64,000 nt of DNA from Blasia pusilla. Its lineage: Eukaryota. The position numbers and the translations under genes are program-made. The notes beneath the pieces were generated by a model. It saw only the letters and a program-made list of their open reading frames with translations. It made no database searches and was not told the origin of the DNA. Positions 24,131 through 37,906 of the stretch are shown piece by piece (positions within the stretch are counted from its first letter, which is position 1; the number at the start of each line of letters is the position of its first letter). The stretch is taken from the NCBI GenBank assembly GCA_050084515.1, contig CM114271.1:17794001-17858000 (forward strand), read 5' to 3'.

Positions 24131-26180
24131 GTAAGCCAACACTAGCTAGTCTAGAAAACTGCTAAAGAAGCATAACTGGTTAGATACAACTTTCACACTC
24201 ACACAACACCATAGAGAAAGAAATTTTGCAATGAGATCAAGAATGAGTGGAGACTAGTTCCCTTCTTAATTATATAGGGTATGTACAAGTAACCCCAACC
24301 CTAATCCTAACCATACTCTAGAGTTAGACTAATTATGATTAACTAACTGTAGTTAAGATAATCGTATATAACTAACTAACCAAGATTCATCTTTCCTATT
24401 TCGTATGAGTACCAAATATAGCAGTTCATGTGTCCGATGAGTTTGACTATAACTTAGTCTTCAATACTCCCCCTCAAGTTGACATTGATATCTCTAACAC
24501 CTAAATCATTTATAAAATTTTCAAACTTATCTCTAGACAATGTCTTTGTAAAGATATCAACAGTTTGTTGATCTGTATCTATATACACAAGATAAATTTC
24601 TCCTGCAAGCACTTTCTCTCTGAGAAAATGGTAGTGCACCTCAACATGCTTTCTTTGAGCATGAAAGACGGAGTTATTAGCAAGTTTGATGCTACTAATA
24701 TTGTTTGCATATATTACACTAGGTCCTAAGTTATTAACACCAATCTCAACAAGTAATTGATGAAGCCACATTGCCTTACATGTTGCATTGGTTGCTCCTC
24801 TTTTCTCAACCTCTATTGAAGATAAATTAATTGTAGGTTGTTTCTTTGAAGCCCAACTTAAAATTCTACTTCCCAAGGTAAATGAATAACCAGATGTGGA
24901 GTGTCTTTCAGACATGCTTCCTACCCAATCAGCATTTGTAAATCCGTGTAATTGTAAACTCGGAGAATGTTCAAATTGAACAGAGAATTTTATAAACTGC
25001 ATAATCCTCCTCATAAGATCAATGTGAGGTTTTCGAGGTTCTTACATAAATTGGCTTATTAGGCCAAGCGCATAGCTCAAGTCTAGTTTGGTTGTAGTCA
25101 CATAGATCAAACTTCCAATCAACCATTCTCTCGTACCTATTAGAATCTGCAAGCAACTCTCCTTCATCCACTCTTAGCTTCACACTTTGGTCCAATGGTG
25201 TAGAGATTGGCTTATAAGCATTCATACCATATATTGAAAGCATATGAAGATTGTATTGTCGTTGTGATAACCACATGCTATCTCCAATCCTGATAAACTC
25301 AATATCAAGGAAGTATTAGAGTTCTTCCAAGTCCTTCATATCAAATTCTGCTTGTAACTTCAGTTTGACGCGTTGTACCATATCCTCAATACTCCTAGTA
25401 ATCAAGAGGTGGTCAACATACAACACAATCATTGCGCTTGACTTTGTAAATCCATTTATAGCCAACAGCTTCCTTACCGGAAAGGTATATCAACCAGCTC
25501 CCAAGTTTGTTGATATCGTAATATATGAAGCTCTTCATCCATAGCTTCAATCCATTTGACCTTGCTTGTAGCTTCTTCAAAACAACTTGGCTCATGTTCT
25601 TGAAGGGTAGAGATCATATATGCTTGATATGTTGCAAGGAATCCTTCATTTATGAATCTATGAACATGATGTGTGACTCTACTTGATCTACGAAGCTGTT
25701 TTTCAGATGTGGATGCCTTTGACACGTGACTCAAGCTATGACTAGTGTTAAGAGATTGAATATGTACTCTTTTCGTCCATGTACTAATAGATTTAAATGA
25801 AGAATGTAGGACCTCTCCTAATCGTGCACTAATATTTGGGGAATTTATAGGTAATGTATGTTGGTTTATAGTCATATTCTTCCCCTCAATAGACGAGTTT
25901 AGAGGTGGAAAATGCTTAGATGGGATATATCATGACTTTAGCTCATCAAAGATAACATGTACATTGCGACTAATAATAAGATGCTTAGAGGATTTAATGT
26001 AGCACTCATACCCCTTACTTCCATCAGCATAGCCAATGAAGATACATCTTTCACATTTGGGGTCTAATTTCTCACATCTTTTAAAAGGAACATGAGCAAA
26101 AAAAATACATCCATATACTTTCGAACTCCATTCGAAGTCTTTACTTCCTCTACAGACTTCGAATGGAGTGTTAACATCAA

Positions 26181-27176
<996 letters not shown>

Positions 27177-29943
27177 ACCTTAGAAGATCCAAAAACGAAA
27201 AATGATGTGTGATTGAGGGAGAATCTACGAAGAAACGTCAAAAAATACCACATCCTAACCCACATGAGAGTAGCTCAACATCTCCAAAGAGAGGCCTAGT
27301 CGACCTTGATGTGCCTACTACACCCAGCCTACTACATCTAGCTCAAATCCGAGGGCAGCGGAGACGTTGCCTCTAAAAGGGAAAAAGGGGAAAGGTGTTG
27401 TAGTGAACATTTAGATAGTGCTCTAACTTTGTAGGGAGTCAGAGTAGGCATCTCTATAGATCAGGAGTAGGGTAGCAATCTACGAACATATAAAGCTTAC
27501 TTGAGAATGGAAGCTACTTGGAGATTTACGTTGTAAGATGAAATGTGTGGATGACTTAACAGTCGGCATCCTCTATCTAGGAGTACTTTAGACTATTACA
27601 TGAGCATCAGACGTGAAGGCCAATCAGGCTTGTCACTCAAATGCTACGCAGGGCAAGAGATTCGGCCCACAATACTTTTGATGATATTCATACCACTATT
27701 CCCCACCCTATCAATTGAAACTTTCTGGCCTTTGTAGATGTCTGGAACTGCTTTTCCAATGCATCACAAGTCTCTCTCAGAGTATAAACATCTTGCATGT
27801 GACCAATCATTGCAGAATTGATCGTTATTGAAATATAGTTGATTAATTATTTGCCTTGCGTATTTGTTCCAAGCGCGAACATTCAAGTATGTTGAGTCAC
27901 CTTCTCGTTTGGCCTCATTAGCTGTAACAAGCCCCGAAAGTTCTTGATCCATGAGAAATTATTTCATGCGAAACTTCCAGACCATTAATTCTGCTTATCT
28001 AACTTCTTTCCTCTGTGATTGTAATTGAGGAATACTCCATGAATAAAAATTTTACTCACAAAACGTAAGTTCATGCTCTCCACTACTCCAATTGAAGCAT
28101 AGATCATTCCTACACATAAATTGACTTGAAATTTGAAAAAATTGACTAAATGTATGGAAAAACTAGTTGAAATTGGCATGTAAAGAGTAAATTACACAGC
28201 TTTCCTTCGTTAGTTGCAGTTTCCTACACTCAAATTGCTATTGCATAAGCAATTGTCAGAATTGAGCAATCTTGGATGTAGTGGAAAGCTCTTGACAAGC
28301 TCTAAAAGATTATTAGAATAAGCCTTTGACATCATTCCAACCGATACAGACTCAGATTGTTAATTTGACCGGAAAAGTCCTAAAAAATGCCTCCAAAGTT
28401 TTATCACCATGACATCTCCACTTGAAATCTTCCGTCACTAAGCTCTCAATGAAATTTCTTTCTCCAAAACTGAAATTTTCCTTCTTTTGCCTCTCTTCTC
28501 TCTTCAAACACCAAAATTTCAATTCATGTTCTTCTACGACTCTAATACCATCTACAAAACTACTAAAGAAGCATAATTGGTGGGATACGACTCTCACACT
28601 CATACATCACTTTGGAGAACAAAATTTTTCAATGAGATTGGAATGAGTGGAGGTTGGTCCCTTCTCAATTATTTAGGGTATGTATAATTAACCCTAACCC
28701 TTGTACTAACCAAAGTCTTAAGTTAGACTAATTATGATTAACCAACCATAGTGAAGATAATTGTGCTTAACTCACCAACTAAGATTAAACTTTTATACTT
28801 CGTATGAGTACCAAATATAGCAGTTTGAGTGTTCGATGAGCTTGACTTTTAACTCAATCTTTAATAGTTAGGACCCATGAGGGACCATATAATACACGAT
28901 TGTTGTAACCTTAAACGCTCGGTTATGCCACATGTCATACATCCTTGAGCTTAAAATGACTCGTGGTGAACACTCAACTACCGCCATCGTCCTTTTTCTC
29001 TAGATAATAAATCAAAGGTTGAACGATAGTTGCATAGCCTCTGAGATACGCCACGAAGTAGCTATCATCTCCAAAGTTCTTGAAGGTTGGGAGCGGCTCA
29101 CTGTTCTTCAAACTGGTCACCCTTTGCCGTTCTATTGGCGATGAATGTCATATTTCAAGTTATCAAAAAATGGTCCATAAATCGTATCTAGTAACACCGC
29201 AAAAGCTTCCGGAACTCGCTATTTGAAGACCAAATCAATCTGCTGAAAAAACAGGCTAGTACGAGTCCTACAAACCTGCGAATTCTCCATCCCATATTTG
29301 ATAGTCAAGGGCCATCTCCACTGGAGTGGATGCAACATTGCAAGGATAACAAAGCAATTATTCTCAATCATTCCTGTAACTCAAGATTCTATTATTCTTT
29401 ACTGAGAAGAGCCAGCCCGAGATGAAGCTGCCAAGGACTTCAGGAGGATACAGTTGTGCTCTTCTATTTCATGGTAAGAACTGCATGCGAGAGCTCTCCA
29501 TGCGTCTTATGATCAAAGAAGAAATGCTTACTTCATTACAAAATGCTAGGTCCCTTTGCCACTATCGAAAAATCTCTCGCACACCCAATGAATGTTGACT
29601 AATTACACGAAAAGAAGCTGGCAACCAAACATGCGAGCATCTCACCTTCCATACAAGCGTTGCGCAGTCAGAACAGAGATATCGTCCTCATCATTACTGG
29701 ACAAGGTTTCACCTAGAGACCAGGGTCCGGGTAGTTTTTTGGCGAGAACCAATACATTTCCGGTCTTTATGGACGAGAACGGTAATTTTGGATATTTTCT
29801 TGAATCTGGCCGGCTAAAGAGATACAAATACAAAGGAGGATCCCTCTATTCTGCCGGTTTTTGGCCGTTGATTTGCAAAGTGAATCGTAAATTCTAAATT
29901 TCTACCGGCTAGGTCAACACGTAACCCGGTTCTCCCCGGATAT

Positions 29944-30467
29944 TGCTAGAGACCCCGCATATTCTTCTCCAGCTCCCAACTCCTCCTCAACCTTGACCTG
30001 TGGCGGTAAAGGACCTCTCTTGAGGCAAACCTCGAGAGCATCCCCAAGGAATTCAACATGTTAGAAATTTGGGCTCGAAAAATGCTCCTCAAATAGTAGT
30101 ATAGATAAGGACTTTAACCCAAGTAGTAATAATGATCCCTAAGACCCTTCTCCCCTCTTTATATACTCTCGCCCATTATCCATGAATAACTTTTCTTACA
30201 AGCTTGCCATATGTCCTTGTATCTATATGCACCATCCTATATGCGCCACGTGTCTTTATCTTTATTTGCTCCTCATCTTTCACTTCATCCCTTTATCCTT
30301 ATATGGACGCCAATCCTTTTCATCCTTTTGGCCTAATCCAAAATAATGCACGTGTATCCTTAGTGATTCCTCTAACTTAGTCTCTACTTAGTAAGTCCTA
30401 TCTTATTACAGTACTTTGAAATGCACAATGTTTACGTAAAAGGGCACCCCCATGTATGGACCCTACA
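29944..30467. mobile_element. Probable solo LTR (524 bp)
   Basis: TG...CA termini, flanked by GATAT/GACAT (5-bp TSD, 1 mismatch). TATATAAAG on the - strand near 30157-30165. Confidence 0.55.
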
Positions 30468-30541
30468 GACATCATCGACGGTCGTTGTTTTCCTCTCCAT
30501 CTAGGCTATCCATGTGTTTACTAATTACTTTCTCTCCCACC

Positions 30542-30729
30542 CCTCTCAAAGGGCAACACACTAGTTTTCCTTAAGTATTAATGGACAAATCGTAAATACT
30601 TCATTCCTACATCTCTAAACCCTAGCGTTCATAACCTCTCAAAGGGCCACACACTGGTTGTCTCTAAGTATTGATGGACAAATCGTAAATTCTTAATTCC
30701 TAGCATCTCTAACCGTTGCGTCCATAGCC
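30542..30729. repeat. Two diverged tandem copies of a ~94-bp unit
   Basis: CCTCTCAAAGGGC.ACACACT.GTT...TAAGTATT.ATGGACAAATCGTAAAT...CATCTCTAA repeated twice. Confidence 0.8.
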
Positions 30730-30965
30730 CGGGGCCGTCCCACGGGCCCTATTGACACCCCCTTTTATGACGTAAATCCTCGAGGTTGCGCGATGAGGCA
30801 GGCAAGTCAATTATGAAGGAAAGAATGGAGGGAAGGAAAGAATGAGAGAGGGAGAGAGGGAAAAAATTGAACCTCAATAAATCTTTATTATTATGAGAGA
30901 GTATCACGCCTCCTCATGACATGTATCTTTTTGGGCCAATAAGAATAGGATCCGTTTAGATTGTA

Positions 30966-31206
30966 CTAGTAAGGTGCCCGTGCAATGCATGGGAAATAAA
31001 TAAAAAAGTGTTTTGATAGCTTTTATTATTGTATATTTGTTAGTGTATAGCCCGTGAAGGAAATGCATTAATGATGTTGCACACAAATTCAAACTTTTTT
31101 CCTTGTTGCCCGTAAGATGTGAAACATTCTGTTGTTGCTCAGTTGCCACATGTCAAACATAGAGGTGTTTGCAAATCAAGAAGGCACTCTCCCATAATAA
31201 TATAGA
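30966..31206 (-). mobile_element. Non-autonomous mini-Helitron (241 bp)
   Basis: On the - strand: 5' TCTATATTATTATGGGAGAGT..., 3' hairpin CCCATGCATTGCACGGG followed by CACCTTA-CTAG. Inserted between A and T with no TSD. A related 5' end faces it on the + strand at 30882. Confidence 0.75.
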
Positions 31207-32071
31207 TGTGACAAATGTATCATAGAAGGCGTCATTGTGGCTTACATCGGAGAAGTGTTATTTTGTACGTTGTATTTATGATATCATCGAGCGATAGTCT
31301 CTTCACGTCCAATAATGACCCACTAACACTCGCCATCTACATAACACACCACGAAACTATTATATAAATATGGTGATTGCGACACGAATTTTTAAGGAGT
31401 GCTACACGAAAGTAATAAAATAATTCAAGTAGAGAATGACATGGGAAAAAAAGGAAAAAAAAGTGATGAGAAAAAAAAGGAAAAAAATTAATTAAGAAAT
31501 GGTGATTATAGATTGGATCAATGATAGGATTGGAAAATTAAATGGTAATTTTTTAAAAAAAGAAAGAAATATAAGGGAAAGAAAATAAATATTGGAAGGG
31601 GGTTTTAAAAGTAAAAATATTTTTTTCCAGGTTCGGTTAGGGATAGGGTTAGGACCTTACCTGAACCTAACCCTAACCTAACCGCGCCCTTGATCCAAAA
31701 ACTGGATCAAGGGCGATTGTCGCCGCCACTAGAGGGGATAGGGCCGTGAAACACATGAAGATCATTCTGCCACACTTCATAGCATAGATGGCCGGGCTAG
31801 GTGAGAAAGGCAAGTTGTCCAGTATGGGCCAGGTGGATAGGGATTGAACCTCATTGCCAACCAAAGTGCGAATAGATATGTTGCCTCAAATGACCCTAAT
31901 GGCTCTCGCAAGGCCTCTAGCAATGACTCTTATGGCTTTGGCACAGCCTCTAGCTCACGTGCAATTGCCAGCCTGCCGCCGTTGATCGAGGGCGATCGCC
32001 AACCCGCCGCCTTTGACCGCACATTCACGTTCCGACCCGTTCGATGGAAACGGCCAAACAGATCTGGCCAT

Positions 32072-32305
32072 TCGATCGTTTCCATCAAACGGCTCTACCG
32101 CTCGGGCTAGCCCCCTTCCATTCCCTTTCGCTCCCCACTCCTCTATCTGGTCGTTCGATCGTTTCCATCAAATGGCTCTACTACTCCGGCTAGCCCCCTT
32201 CGATCAAATGGCTCCCCACTCCTCTATTTGGGCGTTCGATCATTTCCATCAAACGGCTCTGCCGCCCGGGCTAGCCCCTTTCCAATCCCTTTCGCTCCCC
32301 ACTCC
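32072..32305. repeat. ~82-bp GC-rich tandem repeat, about 3 copies
   Basis: Unit TCGATC.TTTCCATCAAA.GGCTCT.C..C.CGG(G)CTAGCCCC...CTCCCCACTCC at ~32072, ~32155 and ~32236. Confidence 0.8.
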
Positions 32306-34238
32306 GTGTTGCCCTAACTCCCTTTGCTCTACCCGAGTCTAGTCTTTTCCCCGCCCCATTCAACAGTCCCCCTCTTCAAGTCTTGTCTTTTCCTGCCCCA
32401 TTCGATTGTCGCCCTCTTCGCTCTAAGTTGTCCACGGCACACGGGCTCCCTCTTCCCTCACTGTCATTTGCGGCATACAAGCGCCCTTCAATTCTCCGCA
32501 CACTGGCTCTCTGATGTTTGCTCTATATGCGCTCTCGTTGCAGTTTGTCAAACACACGCTATCGTTGCCCCGAGCTCATGGGCTCTCGGCTAGGGCATGC
32601 GCTCTTACGGGCTCTTACTTGAGGACTGTGCTCAATGTAGAGCAATGTTGGGGGATCCGCTCTCTTCCCCGACCTCTCTTCTGCCATGTTTTTGAGCCAC
32701 CATTTTTTTGCTCTAGAGAGGCTTGAAGCGCCCTCAAAATTTTTCCCATTGTTTCTAATCGGGGTTGGTAGGACTGAAATGGGAAGGCATTCTCGGAGAG
32801 ATTTCAATTCAAGTGGGGTTGGGCTTGGTATCGTGGTGTAAGCTCGCGGCTGCCCTCTATAGTAGTAGCGGGGCTGATCACTCTGCTATGTCCGCGGTTG
32901 GGGTTCAAGCTTGGAGAGGATTCAATTCGAGTGGGGTTGGGCCCGCGGTTGCTCAGTCTCTAAACATCTGCGGTTGCGCTCTCTCTATTTGGGCCTTGGT
33001 TCTCTCAATTTGGGTCGCGGGCAGGGTGCAATCGCCATTGGTGTTCTCTAATAAACTCTCTACCCAATTTGTGTTCTTCAACCATGGTATTGCTTAATAG
33101 AGTTGCGCCCTGAGTACTCGAACTGAGTACTTCTAGAGTGGGATGGGAAATTTTGCAAGTAGACACTCATGCACAGTAGGCATTCTTTAATATTTTGCAA
33201 GTAGACATTCTATAAAGCTTTTATTCCCATATAAGCATTGTTTTGAGTAGTTTTCTGTATGGGTTCAACTGCCTACTCTACTCCCAATCCAAACCTTGAT
33301 CTCTCACGTTGAGTTGCAATGTCTTCATAGTTTTCTTATAGAGGCAGCTTCGGATCACTAACTTTGGCAACGACCTTCCCTTTCTTTGAGTCAATTTTTT
33401 CACTGTAATTCTCGTTGCCATGATGGTACTTCGGCACCCTCGATCTATCTTGTTGGTTTGTTGGTTGAATGTGTGCATGGATGTTCCGTGGAGTAGTCCT
33501 AGTAAGAGCAACATACATGAGCTTTGGGAATTGAAGCTAGGTGATTCTTCGAATCGTTGGAGCTTCTCGACCATCCTACTGCATCTCGGAGTTGCTTCTC
33601 TATAACTTTTTGCAACCGGGACTTCATTGTATTTGGAGTGTCTGCATGCACAAAGCACAACCCTATGAGTAGAGCTCAATGGAGCCTAGTACATAAACCA
33701 CAAAGTAAAGAGTAGAGTTGGATGACGCCTAGTGTATCTGAGCTCAGACATAAGAGTAGAATTAGATGTACTCTCTAGCTATTTCAAATACTATTATCGT
33801 ATCCGATCGGAATTTGAGAACACAAACATGATACATAAGTTTGTTAATGTCTGGACTGTCAAATAAACCTTGGCATTGACCCTCAATGAAATGGTTGTAT
33901 CGAAGAAATTTTGAGGACTGAGTATAAAAGCTCTCAATGATCGAACTTTCTAAATGGAGTAAAACATATAAATACATTGGGCAGTTGGGCTCACGAAAGC
34001 TTCGAGGAAGGCGTCTTCATGAATAGACATCCCTGGTCACGATCGTAACGGCCTCTGGGACAGATTTTGAAAATATGGTTTAAAAAAAACCATTAGAAAA
34101 CATTGCGACGGACGCGTGAAACGCTAAAATTTTCTTCGGATATACCAAAAACTCTCTTCGTGTGAGTGGAAGAAAAAAACATTCGAATTCGGACGTTTTT
34201 CTGGTATGCATCCATTTTCTGGAAAACCCATCATAAGG

Positions 34239-34269
<31 letters not shown>

Positions 34270-34575
34270 AAAGGAGGGATAACATATATAGAAAATAGGA
34301 CGGGAGACCATCACGACACAAATGACGGGGTATAGAGAGCAAGGGCCCAAAACCGGCCCCCCGAGGAGAAGCGGGACCCGAGCGCACGAAGATGGATGAC
34401 AGTGACAAGCTCAGGGCGATCGTTAGTTCGTAACAGAGACAAGGAAGGGAGCTCCAACCTAACCCTAAGGTTTATCGCACTCGGGTCGGGGTGGATCGAA
34501 GAACCGGAAGAGAAGAGCTCTTCCGAGCGATCGAGGTGAGCACGAGTGAGTGAGTGCGGAAGAAGGGAGGGGACG

Positions 34576-36790
34576 ATGGATTTGCTCGCGGGCTACGATG
34601 ATGGCAGCGAGGAGGAGGAGGAGGGCGCGGGGCGACACGGAGGAGGAGGGGAGGAGGGAGAGGCGACGACGTCCGGTCGTTCGCACATGGAGATGTCCCC
34701 ACCGTCGTCGCCGGAAGGGTCACCTATCCGACTCATGGTGGCTCGAAAATCCGCAGCTCCGGAGGTGAGTGACATGCTTCTGGTGGCGTCTTCAGCTGGG
34801 AGTAAATTCGGCCCGGAGAAGAGGAAGCCGATCGATCCTTCTCAGCATTCGGTGAACTACAATCCCACGTATGATCAGCTATGGACTCCCATCGTCGGCC
34901 CTGCGCACCCTTTCTCCAAAGACGGAATGGCGCAGGGTTTGCGAAATCACAAGCTAGGGTTCGTGGAGGATGCTTCCATAGCGGCCTTCATGTTTGATGA
35001 GCAATACAACACCTTCCATACTTACGGCTATGCCGCGGACCCCGCTGCCGACAACGGAAACAATGTGGTCGGAGACTTGGAAGCCGTCAAGAGATTGGAC
35101 GGTGCCTCCGTGTACAACCTCCCTCAGCACGAGCACAGGAAGAGAAAGCTCGAGAAGAGGGCCCAAAAAGAGGACATGGACGAGGAGACGCTGAAGGAAG
35201 TGGAGAATCCTGAGTCACAGGACTGGTTGCTGAAGAACTCCAAGAGCCCATGGGCTGGAAAGAAGGAGGGCCTGCAAGGCGAGCTCACAGAGGAGCAGAA
35301 GAAATACGCTGAGGAGCATGCAGGCAAGAAGGGCGAGAGGGAGAAGGGTGAGAAAATCGAAATGGAAGACAAGAGCACATTCCATGGCAAAGATGAGGTC
35401 GACTATCAGGGTCGCTCATGGATTGATCCTCCCAAGGATGTCAAGGCGACCAACGATCACTGCTACATCCCCAAGCGTTGGGTTCATACTTGGAGCGGCC
35501 ACACGAAAGGGGTTTCTGCAATCCGTTTCTTTCCCAAATACGGTCATCTGCTGCTTTCAGCGAGTATGGACACGAAGGTTAAGATATGGGATGTCCACGG
35601 CAGTGGCAAGTGTATGCGAACGTACATGGGGCACTCGAAGGCTGTGAGGGACATAGCCTTCAACAACGACGGCTCCAAATTCTTGAGCGCCAGCTACGAC
35701 CGAAAGATCAAGTATTGGGATACTGAAACTGGAAAGGCCATCTCATCCTTCTCGACTGGGAAAATACCGTATGTAGTTAAGTTCAATCCGGACGACGACA
35801 AGCAGAATGTGTTGCTGGCAGGAATGAGTGACAAGAAAATTGTGCAGTGGGACATGAACTCTGGAGATATAACTCAGGAGTACGACCAGCATTTGGGAGC
35901 CGTGAACACCATAACATTTGTGGATAACAACCGGAGGTTTGTGACCTCCAGTGACGACAAGTCTCTTCGAGTGTGGGAGTTTGGTATTCCTGTGGTCATC
36001 AAGTACATCAGTGAGCCCCACATGCACTCCATGCCATCGATAACCGTCCATCCCAATACCAACTGGTTTGCGGCTCAGAGTTTAGACAATCAAATATTGA
36101 TTTACAGCACCCGCGAAAGATTCAGGTTGAACAAGAAGAAGAGGTTCGCAGGGCACATTGTTGCAGGATATGCGTGCCAGGTGAACTTCTCTCCCGATGG
36201 CCGATTCATCATGTCGGGCGACGGAGAGGGCAGGTGCTGGTTCTGGGACTGGAAAACTTGCAAGGTCTTTCGCACCCTCAAGTGCCACGAAGGTGTCTGT
36301 ATCGGAGCCGAATGGCATCCTCTTGAACAAAGTAAGGTGGCAACATGCGGATGGGATGGACTGATCAAATACTGGTGAGTAGCAAATTCCGTTCCCACGG
36401 GTGTAGTGATGAGATACTACGGAATCCACTGTCCATCTGCTCGCCTCAATGTATTTCTTGGCATTTGAGTAATCACGTAGTAGCTGAGCAACTGGTTTCA
36501 GAGCTTGCAAAAAATGTTTTGAATCGTCGTCCGAGTTGTAGGTTCATGTCCCAGAGGCACTCATCCTCATAATTGCACCGTATAGGTCAAAGAGTCCTGT
36601 CCTACACACAGTCAAATATGACTAGACCATGAGAGTTTAAAACAATTGAGGACTGGTTGGGGTGATCGTCGAAAAGGAGACTGGGACAGTATCAAGCAGT
36701 TTTGTTGCTCTGAATCTGCAAGTTTGTGTTGTATGCAAGGCTACTGAAGCTCGTGTTCTCATCTCTTCAATGAATTCTTGCAGGGACTGA
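34576..36790 (+). CDS. CDC40: Pre-mRNA-processing factor 17 (CDC40/PRP17), WD40 second-step splicing factor; exons 34576-36374 and 36784-36790
   Basis: [36 protein letters not shown]40 repeats ([15 protein letters not shown]...[11 protein letters not shown]...[12 protein letters not shown]). Donor TG|GTGAGT and acceptor TTGCAG|G GAC TGA restore the terminal ...KYWD*. ATG 34576 is preferred over the GTG start in the ORF track. Confidence 0.96.
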
Positions 36791-37906
36791 AAATCTCAGT
36801 GTCGGGATGGCACAGAGACCTCTAAACTTATTCTATGACCATCTTGACGTCCAGTGTACCTGGGCTTTATGGCGTCAGTTTCTATATGACACTGGGCAAG
36901 GCTAAGCCCTAATGTGCACCTTGAGCATTCAGAATTGCTACCCAGACACGTGAGAGCATCAGATGTTCACTCAAGCTGACATCCACTGTAAAATTATTCT
37001 TTTCATACTCGATTAGACCTTGCCCACTATTTCTCTCTCCAAACCATTAGCGGCGATAGGTTCTCATCTTCGCGGATGTTTTTTGTGTCCTATTAAGATC
37101 TAGTGAGCAATAGGTCAGCATCGCTTTGTAGGTGGCCCGATTTAATACAGGGAGTAATAATCTTAGACACTCAAAGAGAAGGATTGGAAGATCGCAGTCT
37201 GCTGTCATAGCCCTTCCACGGCTTTGTACTCTGTACATTCTTGCAAAGAGCAACGAGATTGAGAAGTGAGTTTGCCACACGTTGGTGTATGCCTGCTTGG
37301 CCGGAATTCACGAGGTTTGCAATAGGCAATGAAGTCAGTGTAAGGGTTGGTTTCTCTCAACGTATTCTTGATGCAAGGGGCCAGGTGATATGATTCAGTG
37401 CCTCTAGCCAAGGAGTGTCGATAAATTCCACTATGCCTGCCCCGCTGTGAAACCAAGAAAGACATTATGGAGTTCCCGTCTAGGCTTCCTGGCTTCGGAA
37501 GTTTACAATTTCGTTTTATGCGGACGATTACTGTTGAGTGAATAATTATGTATGAAACTAAGATGTGCTTGAGGAATTCCCTGATTTGAATTAAACTACT
37601 CATACTCTTGGAATTGTACAGCGAAGGTCAACTTTTGTTACCCCGAGAGGTCTTTCCCTTCCGTTTAAAATCTAAGATATAGAATTTTCCTTCATATATG
37701 CCAATGACGGTGAGGGTTAGATATCGAGAGGTGTATGCTAATTCACACGCAATTTTGTTCATAATGTTTTACTGCAATAATAGTCAACTTCTTCTGGCGG
37801 GAGTGTGAAGTAGAAAATTTCCTTTTTTCTTACTGCATTATTGGTCCAAGAAATGAAAAATTGTCTAGCTTCTACAATCATGACACGCAGAGAAATACCA
37901 ACGCCC

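Noticed and set aside
32072..32305. Repeats considered as a CRISPR-like array
   Set aside because: Degenerate tandem units without unique spacers, no cas genes, eukaryotic context.
33278..33679. 133-aa - strand ORF as a transposase fragment
   Set aside because: Non-ATG start and no catalytic or zinc-finger motif recognised.
34230..34266. Long poly(A) run upstream of CDC40 as a possible retrocopy or SINE tail
   Set aside because: No TSD or Pol III boxes seen; treated as a simple homopolymer.
34546..36378. CDC40 as an intronless 610-aa retrogene
   Set aside because: A terminal GT-AG intron restores the conserved WD end, and the first ATG is at 34576.
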